From Clostridia bacterium (GTDB taxonomy: Bacteria > Bacillota > Clostridia > RGIG6154): a DNA stretch of 64,000 nucleotides. Each line of letters starts with the position of its first letter. Positions within the stretch are counted from its first letter, which is position 1. Where the stretch lies: the NCBI GenBank assembly GCA_045589295.1, contig JAZNOU010000001.1, forward strand, positions 1-64,000. The letters run 5' to 3'. Below are positions 8,097 through 19,197 of the stretch, one piece after another. The notes under the pieces were generated by a model that worked only from the letters and a program-made list of their open reading frames with translations, searched no databases and had not been told where the DNA came from. The position numbers and the translations under genes are program-made.

Positions 8097-10091
8097 TTAG
8101 TTTTGCTCAGCCAAATATTCCTCAATTACAGCCATTAGTCTTACTTTAGCTTCATTGAAACTGCAAGGCTCAAGCTGAGCGCCTGCCATTGTAAGATGTC
8201 CGCCACCGCCGATTTTTTCTAAAATAAGCTGAACATTTATCTCACCTGTTGACCTTCCGCTTATAATGGTTTCGTCTTCAAGTTCCATAATTACAAAAGT
8301 AGCTTCTATTCCACTAATCGACAAAAGTCTGTCTGCCGCCTGAGGAACAATTGCTCTGTAGTCCACAGTTTCAGACTTTTGACACTCAGCAATTGCAATG
8401 TTACCTTTAATAACTTCCGCACCTGCAACAACTTTTGCTATTTTTACAAAGTTTTCAAAATCATTTCTGAAAAACTTTCTTATTGTTTCAATATCCACGC
8501 CACATCTTTTAAGATACGCCGCCGCCTCAAATGTTCTTACACCCGTTTTCATAGCAAAGTCTTTTGTATCAAGCATAATACCTGCAAAAAGTGCCTCTGC
8601 TTCCTGTGAAGAAAGCTCTAAACCACTTCCTGCATACTGTAAAAGTTCTGTAACAAGTTCACATGTAGACGATGCGTACGGTTCATGATAAACAAGACTA
8701 GGGTTTGCGATAAATTCTGCTCCCCTCCTGTGATGATCAATTAAAACAACATTGTTTTTTAATTCTAAAATTTCAGGATAATCAGTATATACGGGTCTAT
8801 GAGTATCAACAACAACTATAAGTGTTTCCGGTGTAATAAATTCATTCGCCTGAGCTTCACTTATAACAAGATCAAACTCCTTTGCACTTTTTATTCTTTC
8901 AAGCATAAGATTTATAGATTGTGAAGAATAATCATAAATAAAGTTTGACTTTACACCAAGACTGTTTGCAAAAGCACAAATGCCCACACAAGCACCAATT
9001 GAGTCCATATCAGGATACTCGTGTCCCATAACCACAACATTTTTGGCTTCAAGAACAAGTTCTTTTAAAGCAAGTGCCGTAACCCTTGCCTTAACCTTAG
9101 TAGTTTTTTCATGTTCTTTGGTTTTTCCGCCATAATAAGATGTGTTTTCTCCATCTTTTATTATAATCTGGTCACCGCCTCTGCCAAGTGCAAGAGTAAG
9201 TGCAGAATTTGCATACTCATCAGCGGTCTGTACTGATTCAAAATCAACACCCACACCTATACTTAAAGTAGGTGCAAACTTGTTTCCGCATTTTATTTCC
9301 TTAACTTCATCAATTACCGCAAATTTTTCCTGCTTAATCTGCGGTAAAAATTCATTTTTAAATATAATAAGATATTTGTCTCTCTCGTATTTTTTTATCA
9401 TTGCACCAAACTTGCCAAACCATGAAAACACTTTTTTATCAAGTTCTGCTAACAATAAACTTCTGTACGTATCAGGTGTGTTCATCAAAACATCATCATA
9501 GTTATCAACGCAAGCAACTGCAACAATGGTATGTTGGTTTTCGTATTTTGTCAAAAGTTCTTTTTTATCTGTAATGTCAAACATATACATTACCACAAAC
9601 GAAGTTTCGTAATCTTTTTTCTCGGCTCTTATGCCATTTCCGGTTACATAAAAACATTTGCCGTTAATTTCAATTTCAAACCCAAACGTTTCTCCCTCAA
9701 GTAATGATACAATTCCCTCTTTTGAAAAAATTTCTTCTATGTGCGCGTCAAAGAGTTCTTTATCCCCCAAAGCATCGCCGAATTTTTCGTTATACCACAA
9801 AATTCTGCCGTCTTTTTTTATAATTACAACAGGCATTGGTGCTAAAATCATACTTTCTCTTGTTGCAGTATCTGCATGGAAAGTAATTGTATCTATATAG
9901 TTTTTAAAATGTCCGTGATTTTGTCTTACAATAGTAATGCAAAGCATAGTTAAAATCACTGTGCAAGCAAACTGGGTTATTCCCCACGCAACATTAAAGA
10001 ACAATGTAATGATTGCAAGTATATACATAATCGTTATGCACAAAACCAGGCTTATAAAGTTATCAGAACTTCTGTTTTTCAAACAATTCAC
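8097..10091 (-). CDS. gdpP: c-di-AMP phosphodiesterase GdpP
   Basis: TM, PAS, degenerate GGDEF (LGRGGDQ), DMDSIG, DHH, GGGGH; yybS-gdpP-rplI-dnaB synteny. Confidence 0.93.
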   Translation of the reverse strand: MNCLKNRSSDNFISLVLCITIMYILAIITLFFNVAWGITQFACTVILTMLCITIVRQNHGHFKNYIDTITFHADTATRESMILAPMPVVIIKKDGRILWYNEKFGDALGDKELFDAHIEEIFSKEGIVSLLEGETFGFEIEINGKCFYVTGNGIRAEKKDYETSFVVMYMFDITDKKELLTKYENQHTIVAVACVDNYDDVLMNTPDTYRSLLLAELDKKVFSWFGKFGAMIKKYERDKYLIIFKNEFLPQIKQEKFAVIDEVKEIKCGNKFAPTLSIGVGVDFESVQTADEYANSALTLALGRGGDQIIIKDGENTSYYGGKTKEHEKTTKVKARVTALALKELVLEAKNVVVMGHEYPDMDSIGACVGICAFANSLGVKSNFIYDYSSQSINLMLERIKSAKEFDLVISEAQANEFITPETLIVVVDTHRPVYTDYPEILELKNNVVLIDHHRRGAEFIANPSLVYHEPYASSTCELVTELLQYAGSGLELSSQEAEALFAGIMLDTKDFAMKTGVRTFEAAAYLKRCGVDIETIRKFFRNDFENFVKIAKVVAGAEVIKGNIAIAECQKSETVDYRAIVPQAADRLLSISGIEATFVIMELEDETIISGRSTGEINVQLILEKIGGGGHLTMAGAQLEPCSFNEAKVRLMAVIEEYLAEQN

Positions 10092-10102
10092 CTCTTAACC
10101 AT

Positions 10103-11056
10103 TTAAGAATCTTCTTCTGTAAATCTGAAGTTTCTTCTCGCATCAACCAAAGCCGCAACAGTAAACAAAAGCGGCAAAATTGGAAATACAAATGATATTC
10201 CTACAAGCATAAATATTAAAACTCTGAAGCCAAATCTTATCTTTTTTACATCTTTTAAATACCAGTCAAACAATGAAAGTCCACAAAGAAATAAGACTAC
10301 ATTCAAAATCATATAAATATTGCTGAAAACAACCGCAATTATACTGTCACCTGCAAACATAGAAATAATTGCAGACAAAAGAAATACAAACACTGTGGTT
10401 CCGTCTGCCTTAAACCTAGAAAACTTCAAGTTAACAACAATAGTACCAATTGTTTTATTAACAATCACCTTTACTAAAAAACTTAAAATTATTGTTTCAA
10501 ACAACCCTATTATAATAATCATTGCAGGCAGGAGCATTCGCACCAGAGTCTCGTACTGCTGAAAAATAATTTCAACATTTTCAGGTTTTAAACCAGTTCC
10601 AACATTGTTTATAGCTTCAACAATAACAGGCTTTAATGTTTTAAACATTTCATCCACAAACGAAAATGCCTGTTTGCCTGCAAACAAGTCACTGAGTGCA
10701 ACTGAACCATAATTAGCAACCAGTAAGCATACAAGAACTGAAATTAACGCGTGTGCACCGCCTTTTTTTGTTAAAAGACTATAGCACAGCACAAAACCTG
10801 CGGCAACAAATCCCAGTGCGTATACAATAGAGTAGACTATTGCTCCACTTACTGCACAACTTATTGCCACTGCAACTAATGTTCCAGTATAAAGAGTTAT
10901 TTTTGAATTTTTAAAAAGTGAAAAAGCACCAAAAAGCATAAGCAAAATTGGGCATAACACATTAACTATTGGTAATATGAATGCCACAAACGAAAATATG
11001 CAAAATAGCATCAAACTTACAAGCGGTGCAAAAAATATCCTTTTGTTCATACACAT
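10103..11056 (-). CDS. YybS/DUF2232 family membrane protein
   Basis: Polytopic, C-terminal D..RNFR, position upstream of gdpP. Confidence 0.8.
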   Translation of the reverse strand: MCMNKRIFFAPLVSLMLFCIFSFVAFILPIVNVLCPILLMLFGAFSLFKNSKITLYTGTLVAVAISCAVSGAIVYSIVYALGFVAAGFVLCYSLLTKKGGAHALISVLVCLLVANYGSVALSDLFAGKQAFSFVDEMFKTLKPVIVEAINNVGTGLKPENVEIIFQQYETLVRMLLPAMIIIIGLFETIILSFLVKVIVNKTIGTIVVNLKFSRFKADGTTVFVFLLSAIISMFAGDSIIAVVFSNIYMILNVVLFLCGLSLFDWYLKDVKKIRFGFRVLIFMLVGISFVFPILPLLFTVAALVDARRNFRFTEEDS

Positions 11057-11139
11057 TCCTCAAATATAAAACACAAACTGCACTTTATCAACAAAAGTGC
11101 TATATTACAGTATAACATAATAATTTCCAAATTACAAGT

Positions 11140-12546
11140 TTAATTATAAAAACCTTTATAGGCTTTATACGCCATATAAACATCAAACTTTGAAACTATT
11201 TCATATGGTGCGTGCATACAAAGAACAGGAACTCCGCAGTCAATAACAGAAATTCCACGAACTGCGAGGAATTGTGCTACTGTTCCGCCGCCACCGCCGT
11301 CAACTCTGCCAAGCTCGGCAATCTGCCACGCACAATCATTTGCTTTAAACATAGCCGTAACCTCAGCAACAAATTCGGCACTTGCTTCACTTGTTCCTGA
11401 TTTTCCTCTCGCTCCTGAGTATTTCATAAGAGCAACACCACCGTTTAAATAAGCGGAATTGTTCTTTTCATAAGCTTCTGCAAAATTAGGGTCATAAGCC
11501 GCAGAAACATCAGATGAAAGGCACTTACTGTTTTCAAGTGCATTTCTTAAGCAGATGTCATTATAATCAGGAATGCTTTTTGCACACATTCTGGCAATCA
11601 TATTTTCTAAAAATGTTGACTGCATACCTGTTGAATCACTGCTTCCTGTTTCTTCTTTATCCACAAGATGACAAATAACAGTAGTTTCAGGAATATTAAC
11701 CGTCAAAAGCGCCATAAACGCAGTATAAGCACAAACTCTATCATCATGACCATAAGCTCCGATTAAACTTCTGTCAAGACCTACGTCTTTTGCTTTGTAT
11801 GCAGGAACAATTTCAATATCTGCACGAGCAAAATCCTGCTCTTTAATTCCGTACATATCATTTAAAATTTTCATAACACCAAGTTTAACCTTGCTTGTTG
11901 TCTTTTCATTTCCAAACGGAATTGAGCCTAAAATAACATTAAGCTTTTCACCCTCAATAAGCTTGGCTGCTGTTTTTTCCATCTGTGTCTGACCTAAATG
12001 AGGCAAAATATCAGAAATACAAAAAACAGGATCCGACTCTTTTTCACCGATAACAATGTCAACCTTTTCGCCGTCTTCTTTATATACAACACCATGAATT
12101 GCAAGCGGTATTGTGAGCCACTGATATTTTTTAATTCCACCATAGTAGTGGGTTTTAAAGTATGCAATCTCTGTATCTTCAAAAAGTGGAGATGGTTTTG
12201 TATCAAGACGAGGTGAATCAATATGTGCAGCTATAATATTCGTTCCCTCAGTTATAGCCTTTTTACCCATTACACCTAAAAATACAGACTTATCTGTGTT
12301 TTTTACATAAAATTTATCACCTGGTTTTAAACTTTCAAAATCCGAAAAATCCTTAAAACCATTGTTTTTTGCCACACTTTCTACCCAAAGCGTACATTCA
12401 CGTTCTGTTTTGCACGCGTTTAGAAACTCCTTATATCCTTCGCAGAAAGCACAAATTTCTTTTTTTGTTTCATCGGTTATTTTTTCATATCCGTTCTGAT
12501 TTTCAGACAATAATTCTTTTTCTAAAATTTCAAAATTTTCTGACAT
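11140..12546 (-). CDS. M18 family aminopeptidase
   Basis: AHIDSPRLD, YYGGIKKYQW, GHDDR, DKEETGS, MHAPYE; start reassigned to ATG 12546. Confidence 0.93.
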   Translation of the reverse strand: MSENFEILEKELLSENQNGYEKITDETKKEICAFCEGYKEFLNACKTERECTLWVESVAKNNGFKDFSDFESLKPGDKFYVKNTDKSVFLGVMGKKAITEGTNIIAAHIDSPRLDTKPSPLFEDTEIAYFKTHYYGGIKKYQWLTIPLAIHGVVYKEDGEKVDIVIGEKESDPVFCISDILPHLGQTQMEKTAAKLIEGEKLNVILGSIPFGNEKTTSKVKLGVMKILNDMYGIKEQDFARADIEIVPAYKAKDVGLDRSLIGAYGHDDRVCAYTAFMALLTVNIPETTVICHLVDKEETGSSDSTGMQSTFLENMIARMCAKSIPDYNDICLRNALENSKCLSSDVSAAYDPNFAEAYEKNNSAYLNGGVALMKYSGARGKSGTSEASAEFVAEVTAMFKANDCAWQIAELGRVDGGGGGTVAQFLAVRGISVIDCGVPVLCMHAPYEIVSKFDVYMAYKAYKGFYN

Positions 12547-12571
12547 AACTTTATTCCTTTCAATAATAAAA

Positions 12572-14644
12572 TTAATCTTCCTGATTTTCTTCAACTGCCT
12601 GTTCAATTTCAGATTCTTTTATTTCAGCAATATCTTCCTCTGATTCAGAATTTGTTTCAACCTCAATTAAGCCTTTGGGTAGATATATTTTTGCCTGGAT
12701 ATTTCCAAAATCTGCATCCGGCACAGTTTTAATTTCTTTTTTACTATATAAAATACCAAGAACGTTTTCCGTTACAAAAACAGGCATTAAATGTAAAGCT
12801 ACAAGTTCTGTGATTTTTGAACCGAACACGTCTTTAATGCTTTTTGATTTTTTAAGCGCTCTTATTAACTCAATTTGGAGAGAAAACTCTGCATTTTGTT
12901 CGCTCAGCAATGTTTCTGCATCCTTTATATCAACCAAAGCAAGCAGTAAGCAAACATCTCCAAGCAAAGTACCACATGAAGCCGCAAACTCACCCTGGTC
13001 CTGTAAAAATCTTTCTTTATATAACTTTTTAAGCTTTAATGTCTTTACTTTATAATGCTTGTACGCAAGCAAATCCTTACAGCAAAGAGCCACATAAGCC
13101 AAAGCATCCGCACTGTAGATATAAAGTGCGTTTAAAAGTTGCTCTGATTTCAAGTTTTTCTTTGCAAGCACAGGAACAAGCAACCCATCACTTTCATAAG
13201 CTGAAAGCCACTTAAACGCAGATATTGCTACTTTAAACAAATCTGAAGTTGTTTTTAAATCTCCTGTTAAAACATAATAATCTTTAATTGATAAAGCAAA
13301 AAAGCAAACATCATAAAAATCAAGACACTTTTGCTGCCTTAAGTTTATAAACTTGCCGCTTTCAACCTGCATTGATGCAATGTCCAAAAGCATATTTTTA
13401 AAATGAAGTGTATCACCTGTCAAATATGCTGCACTAAGTGCATATTCTCTTTTCTTATACAAATCTACGGCATTAATCTTATTTGAAAAAGAACTCTTGA
13501 TTTTAACTGCAGCATCTTTAAAGGCATCGTTGATTACTTCGTTCTGGCAAGTAAATTGAGAAACGTTCTCAAAATTATATTCTCTTTCAAACGCCCAAAT
13601 ACCATTTACACTATTGGTACGTACAGGATTTCTGAACACTAAAATTGCATATTTGAATTCATTTGTTTCTATGTTGGTTTCTAAAATATTATTTTCTGCC
13701 CTTAAAACAAATCTTGCAGCACCACTAACTTCAGGTACACCTTCAAAAATATCTTTTACAAAAATAACATCAAGTATATCATCGCCATAGCCATTAACAT
13801 CTATTTTGATATAACCGTTACACTCTCTGCCAAAATCCACAACAATATAGCTATACTGTCCTTTATCAATAGGCTGAAGCTCACATTGTGCTCCTGCAAC
13901 ATAAAGCTTGTTAAGTTCAATTTTTGGAATTTCGTGATGTATGCTTTCTTTCAAAGAAACTCCTTTTACATCTTTCCCTGTACCTGCCGCAATTATAGCT
14001 TTTGCAGAATACATGTGCTCACTTACAGCCTTATACTCACTTTTAACAATGTCAAAATACATTGTATCACAAAGAGGTTTACCTTGAGCATTATCCCAAT
14101 CGTAGTCTTCATAGTCAATCAAAGTCCACTCTTCATCAAACAAATTATTATCAAAAACTTCAATGATTTTTTTATTTTCATCAAACACAGGCGCATCTTT
14201 TAAATAAGCATTGCAAACCATACTTTTTACAGTTTCATCTGAAACTATAAATTCCTGTCTTGCACCTGAATAATCAAGGTTAATACTAAATATTATTCCC
14301 TTTTGTCTCAATTCGATATCTAAAACATGGTAAGGATAAAAACAAGCAAAAATTGCAATAACATTTTTCCCTTGTTTTAAATAAGGAAGTACATTTATAT
14401 CTGTCAATTCAGGATTTTTGTTTATTCCACAATCGCCTCTTAATACAGACTCACCATTTATAAAAATTCTATATTTCGACTGTGCAAAAATGCTTAAAAC
14501 CGCAGTTTTAGGCATTTTATCGCACACAAATGCTTTTCTGAAAAGGCAATATTCGTTAAAGCCCTCCCCTTTGCCAGACCAAATAAGCATTGGCAAATTC
14601 TGGCCATCTTTTTTAATTTCCGATTCAAACTTTATATTTTTCAT
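12572..14644 (-). CDS. GH78 alpha-L-rhamnosidase-like protein, catalytic motif apparently lost
   Basis: LFRKAF...IFAQSKYRIFING, LKQGKNVIAI, VVDFGRE, YYVLTGD segments resemble GH78; no DCPxRE motif. Confidence 0.6.
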   Translation of the reverse strand: MKNIKFESEIKKDGQNLPMLIWSGKGEGFNEYCLFRKAFVCDKMPKTAVLSIFAQSKYRIFINGESVLRGDCGINKNPELTDINVLPYLKQGKNVIAIFACFYPYHVLDIELRQKGIIFSINLDYSGARQEFIVSDETVKSMVCNAYLKDAPVFDENKKIIEVFDNNLFDEEWTLIDYEDYDWDNAQGKPLCDTMYFDIVKSEYKAVSEHMYSAKAIIAAGTGKDVKGVSLKESIHHEIPKIELNKLYVAGAQCELQPIDKGQYSYIVVDFGRECNGYIKIDVNGYGDDILDVIFVKDIFEGVPEVSGAARFVLRAENNILETNIETNEFKYAILVFRNPVRTNSVNGIWAFEREYNFENVSQFTCQNEVINDAFKDAAVKIKSSFSNKINAVDLYKKREYALSAAYLTGDTLHFKNMLLDIASMQVESGKFINLRQQKCLDFYDVCFFALSIKDYYVLTGDLKTTSDLFKVAISAFKWLSAYESDGLLVPVLAKKNLKSEQLLNALYIYSADALAYVALCCKDLLAYKHYKVKTLKLKKLYKERFLQDQGEFAASCGTLLGDVCLLLALVDIKDAETLLSEQNAEFSLQIELIRALKKSKSIKDVFGSKITELVALHLMPVFVTENVLGILYSKKEIKTVPDADFGNIQAKIYLPKGLIEVETNSESEEDIAEIKESEIEQAVEENQED

Positions 14645-15228
14645 TATTTGCCTCCCGTATATTCATCCACAACCGACCTAATCTTTTGTGTTTTCCCTAT
14701 AAACATATATACTTTTTCGTATAATCTTACTTTTTTTATGTATTTTCTTGTCTCTTCAAAAGGAATATTATCAGGCACTGAAACCTTTTCATCAATTTTT
14801 CCGTCATCAATCCACTTTTTAACATGGGAAATTCCTGCATTATAAGCAATTATTGCCAAATCCTGACTTTTTAACTCATCCTTTAAATAAGAAAGATACC
14901 ATACACCTATTTTTATATTTGTTCTAGGATCTTTTAAGTCTTGTTCCTCAAACGGCTCTCCCATCTTATCTGCACACCACTTCGCTGTATCAGCTTTCAG
15001 CTGCATAAGTCCTATGGCGCCTTTATTGGATAGCGCATTTTCATCAAAGCCACTCTCAGCCTTAATTATACCATAAATAAGATTTTTTTCAACACCGCTT
15101 TTTTGTGCGTATTCTTCAACAACATCTGAATACTTAACAGGGAAAAGAAATAAAACCACCATATATAAAAGATATATTAAAAAGACTGCAACAACAAGTC
15201 TTATCAGTTTTTTAAGTCCTTTAAACAA
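14644..15228 (-). CDS. Lytic transglycosylase (SLT domain)
   Basis: IKAESGF, GAIGLMQL, AYNAG, PFEETRKY. Confidence 0.92.
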   Translation of the reverse strand: MFKGLKKLIRLVVAVFLIYLLYMVVLFLFPVKYSDVVEEYAQKSGVEKNLIYGIIKAESGFDENALSNKGAIGLMQLKADTAKWCADKMGEPFEEQDLKDPRTNIKIGVWYLSYLKDELKSQDLAIIAYNAGISHVKKWIDDGKIDEKVSVPDNIPFEETRKYIKKVRLYEKVYMFIGKTQKIRSVVDEYTGGK

Positions 15229-15785
15229 TCCAAAATCTCCTCTATCTTTAATGAAATATCATTTTTCCCATCATTTATAATTTCAAAATCACAGTTTTTT
15301 CTATAAAAGTCATCTTCTTTTTGCGCATTTATTCTTGCCAAAGCATACTCCTTGCTTATGCCATCGCGAAGCATTATTCTCTGTACTCTTATATCCTTAG
15401 GACAAGATACAAACACTGTTTTATCGCAAATTTTATCAAGCCCGCTTTCAATCAACAGCGGTGCATCAATTACAACAAAAGTACTGCTTTTTGATAAAAA
15501 TTCTATTTCTTTTGTTATATACTTATGCGTAATTTTATTAAGATTTTCAAGTGCCGTTTTATCATTAAAAACTTTTTCGCCCAGTTTTTTTCGGTTTAAG
15601 GTTTTGTCTTCGTTTAAATATTTGTAGCCAAAAATTTCAGCAACTTCATTTAAACAAGGACTCTCTTTATCCATAACCTTATGTGCTACTTCATCTGAGT
15701 CTATCACAAGAAATCCAAAATTTTCAAAATGCGAAGAAACAACCGTTTTCCCAGTACCGCTTCCGCCTGTAATTCCTATTATCAT
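15204..15785 (-). CDS. coaE: Dephospho-CoA kinase
   Basis: IGITGGSGTGKT, LNRKKLG, DAPLLIES; polA-coaE synteny. Confidence 0.95.
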   Translation of the reverse strand: MIIGITGGSGTGKTVVSSHFENFGFLVIDSDEVAHKVMDKESPCLNEVAEIFGYKYLNEDKTLNRKKLGEKVFNDKTALENLNKITHKYITKEIEFLSKSSTFVVIDAPLLIESGLDKICDKTVFVSCPKDIRVQRIMLRDGISKEYALARINAQKEDDFYRKNCDFEIINDGKNDISLKIEEILDCLKDLKN

Positions 15786-18340
15786 TTCGTATCATACCAA
15801 CTCTCTGCAGATTTCATATCTACTACCAAAGGAACGCTTAGCTTTGCTGCGTTTTCCATTTCCTCTTTCAATATTTTCTTAACACTTTCAACTTCATGCT
15901 TTTTTGCATCAATTATAAGTTCGTCGTGCACCTGCAAAATAAGTTTTGATTTAAGGTTTTCTTCCTTCAATCTTTTATAAACCCTTACCATTGCGATTTT
16001 AATAATATCTGCAGCATAACCCTGAATAGGTGCGTTCATTGCAACTCTTTCGCCAAACGAACGAAGATTAAAGTTTGAAGATTTAATTTCAGGAATATAT
16101 CTTCGTCTTCCTAAAAGTGTCTTTACATATCCGTTTTGTTTTGCAAATTCAACCGCTCCATCAAGGTATTGTTTAATTTGAGGGTAAGTTTCAAAATACC
16201 CTTGGATATATTCTTTTGCGGTTCTCATTGAAACTTTAATATCCTGTGCTAAGCTGAACTCCCCAATTCCGTAAACAATACCAAAGTTAACAGCTTTTGC
16301 TTTAGAACGCATTGAGCTTGTTACCATATCAACAGGCACTTTGAACACTTCAGATGCGGTAATCGTGTGTATATCCTGATTATTTTTAAATGCATCAATC
16401 ATAGTTTTGTCATCAGACATATGTGCTAAAACCCTAAGTTCAATCTGGGAATAATCGGCATCAACCAAAACTGAGTCCTTACTTGCAACAAACATTTTTC
16501 GTATCTGTCTGCCAAGTTCAAGTCTTATTGGAATATTCTGCAGGTTTGGTTCTGTACTGCTTATTCTCCCTGTTGTTGTAATCGTCTGGTTAAAACTTGA
16601 ATTAATTTTCCCTGTTTTAGGATTTATTACATTATAAAGTCCGTCAGCATAAGTTGATTTTAGTTTTGTATAAGTTCTGTACTCCATAATCATATCAATT
16701 ATTTTGTGCTCTGATCTTAATTTTTCTAAAACTTCAACATTTGTAGCATAACCGGTCTTAGTCTTTTTAACAACGGGAAGTCCAAGCTTTTCAAAAAGTA
16801 TTACCCCCAGTTGTTTTGGTGAATTAATATTAAAATTCTCGCCTGCGGATTGATAAATTGATTTTTCGAGCTCAATAATTCTGTCAGACAAAATTTTTGA
16901 AAACTCTGAAAGTTTCTCTTTGTCTACTGTAAAGCCTTCAATTTCCATTGACGCCAAAACATTTACCAACGGAAATTCTATCTCATACAAAAGATTTTCC
17001 TGATCGTTGTTTTTAATTTTGCTATCAATCTTTTGGCAAAGAAGTGGCAAAACTGCACATGAGAGCTTGTCATCTTCCAAACTCATACCAAGATATTCAA
17101 GGCACAAATCACCAAGCTCATAACTATTTTTAGATGGTTCTAAAATGTATGCACCAATGCTTGTGTCGAAAAGTTCGCCCTCAAACCCTATATCGTAATT
17201 ATTGTTCAAAAACACAATATCATTTTTCATGCCATGCGAAACTTTTTTAATGTTTTTATTTTCAAACACCTTTTTTATTTCATCCAAGAACATCATTACC
17301 TCAAATTCGGTAACAAATTCCGCATAATATACTTTATTATCTGCATAAAAACTAAAACTTCTTAGTATGTCATCATACTCCGCAAAATAATATAAGCAAT
17401 CCGAAACCTTTTGCGCAATAGTTTCAGGCGACTTTATTTCTTCTTTTTCGCATTTAAATTGCTCCGCTTTCTTGTTCTCAATTCCAAGTCGGTCTGCTAA
17501 AGTCTTAAGTTCAAGTTCTGCGCACAAGTCTGACAAAGCATCATTATCAAACTCTTTTTGCGTCATATCTTCAAACACAAGCTCGATTGGAACCTGTGTG
17601 TCAATTTTTGCAAGGTCATAACTTAAATAAGCAAGCTCTTTTCCATTTGTAATTTTTTCTTTTTGAGCACCTTTAAGGTCTTCTAAATTATCATAGAGAT
17701 TATCAAGCGACTTGTACTTTGCAATCAAAGAAAATGCGCTCTTTTCACCTATCCCCGTCACTCCGGGAATATTATCAGAAGTATCCCCCATAAGAGCTTT
17801 TACATGCACAAACTCTCCCGGTGTTACTCCGTATTTTTCAAAAACTGCTTTATCATCAAAATCGGTAGTTTCTGTTTTTCCCATTTTTGTTACTATAAGC
17901 TTAATGTGGGTAGTTTCTGAAGCAAGTTGCAGGTCATCCTTATCCCCGCTTACAATTATGCACTCTATTTTGTTATCACCGCACTTTTTAGAAACCGTTC
18001 CTATAATATCATCTGCTTCAAAGCCTTCTTTTTCAAGAATTTTAATATTCATACCATTTAAAATTTCTTTTAAATAAGGCATCTGGTCTGCAAGCTCCTG
18101 AGGCATACCTTTGCGTTGTGCTTTATATCCGTCATACATTTTATGTCTGAAAGTTTTTGCCCTGACATCAAAAGCAACACAAACATAATCAGGCTTTTCT
18201 TCTTCTAAGAACTTTAAAAATATGTTCATAAACCCATGAATTCCATTAGTATAAAAGCCCTTTGAATTTGTGAGAGCCTTAATTGCATAAAATGCACGGT
18301 TTACTATGCTGTTTCCATCAAAAATCAGCAGTTTTTTCAT
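15782..18340 (-). CDS. polA: DNA polymerase I
   Basis: DGNSIVNRAFYA, EADDIIGT, DYSQIELR, AKAVNFGIVYG, QVHDEL; start at ATG 18340. Confidence 0.98.
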   Translation of the reverse strand: MKKLLIFDGNSIVNRAFYAIKALTNSKGFYTNGIHGFMNIFLKFLEEEKPDYVCVAFDVRAKTFRHKMYDGYKAQRKGMPQELADQMPYLKEILNGMNIKILEKEGFEADDIIGTVSKKCGDNKIECIIVSGDKDDLQLASETTHIKLIVTKMGKTETTDFDDKAVFEKYGVTPGEFVHVKALMGDTSDNIPGVTGIGEKSAFSLIAKYKSLDNLYDNLEDLKGAQKEKITNGKELAYLSYDLAKIDTQVPIELVFEDMTQKEFDNDALSDLCAELELKTLADRLGIENKKAEQFKCEKEEIKSPETIAQKVSDCLYYFAEYDDILRSFSFYADNKVYYAEFVTEFEVMMFLDEIKKVFENKNIKKVSHGMKNDIVFLNNNYDIGFEGELFDTSIGAYILEPSKNSYELGDLCLEYLGMSLEDDKLSCAVLPLLCQKIDSKIKNNDQENLLYEIEFPLVNVLASMEIEGFTVDKEKLSEFSKILSDRIIELEKSIYQSAGENFNINSPKQLGVILFEKLGLPVVKKTKTGYATNVEVLEKLRSEHKIIDMIMEYRTYTKLKSTYADGLYNVINPKTGKINSSFNQTITTTGRISSTEPNLQNIPIRLELGRQIRKMFVASKDSVLVDADYSQIELRVLAHMSDDKTMIDAFKNNQDIHTITASEVFKVPVDMVTSSMRSKAKAVNFGIVYGIGEFSLAQDIKVSMRTAKEYIQGYFETYPQIKQYLDGAVEFAKQNGYVKTLLGRRRYIPEIKSSNFNLRSFGERVAMNAPIQGYAADIIKIAMVRVYKRLKEENLKSKLILQVHDELIIDAKKHEVESVKKILKEEMENAAKLSVPLVVDMKSAESWYDTK

Positions 18341-18351
18341 ATTTATTCTCC

Positions 18352-19185
18352 TTACATAAGCTTTAACATTTTTAAAAGCATTGGTATACACTGTTCAAAG
18401 TTTACACCATAGAACACTCCCAGTTCCTTGGTTTTTTCAATACACATTGGGATAAATTTTGCGGCTAACGCACCTGCTTCTTTTAATGTTAACCCGTTTA
18501 AAAGCCCCGCTAACAGTGTGCTTGCAAAAACATCGCCGGTTCCGTGATACATACCCTCGCACTCAGGCTCTGTAACATATTCAGTATTTCCGTTATTATA
18601 AATTGCAATACCTGTCTGCCCTTTTTTTAATACAGCACCTGTTAAAACAATATCTCCATATGTAATGGAAGTCAGTTTTTTTATAAGCAATTCTATGTAA
18701 TCTTTTGTAAACGGAGGTTTTAAATACTCAGTATCAGTCATAAATGCCGCCTCAGTGACATTTGGAACTATAATATCAGCCTTTTTGCAAAGTGATGCCA
18801 TTTCTCTTGCAAAATTCATATCAAACCCAGCATAAAGCTTTCCATTATCTCCCATGACAGGATCAACCATTACTATAGTTTTTTCTTTTTTGAACATATC
18901 AATAATTGTCTTCATATACTCAATCTGGTCAAAAGAGCCAAGGTAACCCGAATATATTGAATCAAACTGTATATCAAGACTTTTAAAATGATTTGCTACA
19001 GGCAAAATATTATGCGTCAGATCCTCAAAGGTATATCCCTCAAATCCGCCCGTATGAGTAGATAAAACTGCTGTTGGCACAGGACAAACCTCCATGCCTG
19101 CAGCTGAAAGAATTGGAAGTGCTGCAGTGACCGAGCATTTTCCAAAGCAGGAAATATCATGAATTGCCATTACTCTTTTTTGCAT
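18352..19185 (-). CDS. pdxK: Pyridoxal/pyridoxamine kinase
   Basis: HDISCFGKCS, LSTHTGG, VDPVMGDNG, GTGDVFAS. Confidence 0.88.
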   Translation of the reverse strand: MQKRVMAIHDISCFGKCSVTAALPILSAAGMEVCPVPTAVLSTHTGGFEGYTFEDLTHNILPVANHFKSLDIQFDSIYSGYLGSFDQIEYMKTIIDMFKKEKTIVMVDPVMGDNGKLYAGFDMNFAREMASLCKKADIIVPNVTEAAFMTDTEYLKPPFTKDYIELLIKKLTSITYGDIVLTGAVLKKGQTGIAIYNNGNTEYVTEPECEGMYHGTGDVFASTLLAGLLNGLTLKEAGALAAKFIPMCIEKTKELGVFYGVNFEQCIPMLLKMLKLM

Positions 19186-19197
19186 AAAATCCTCCAA

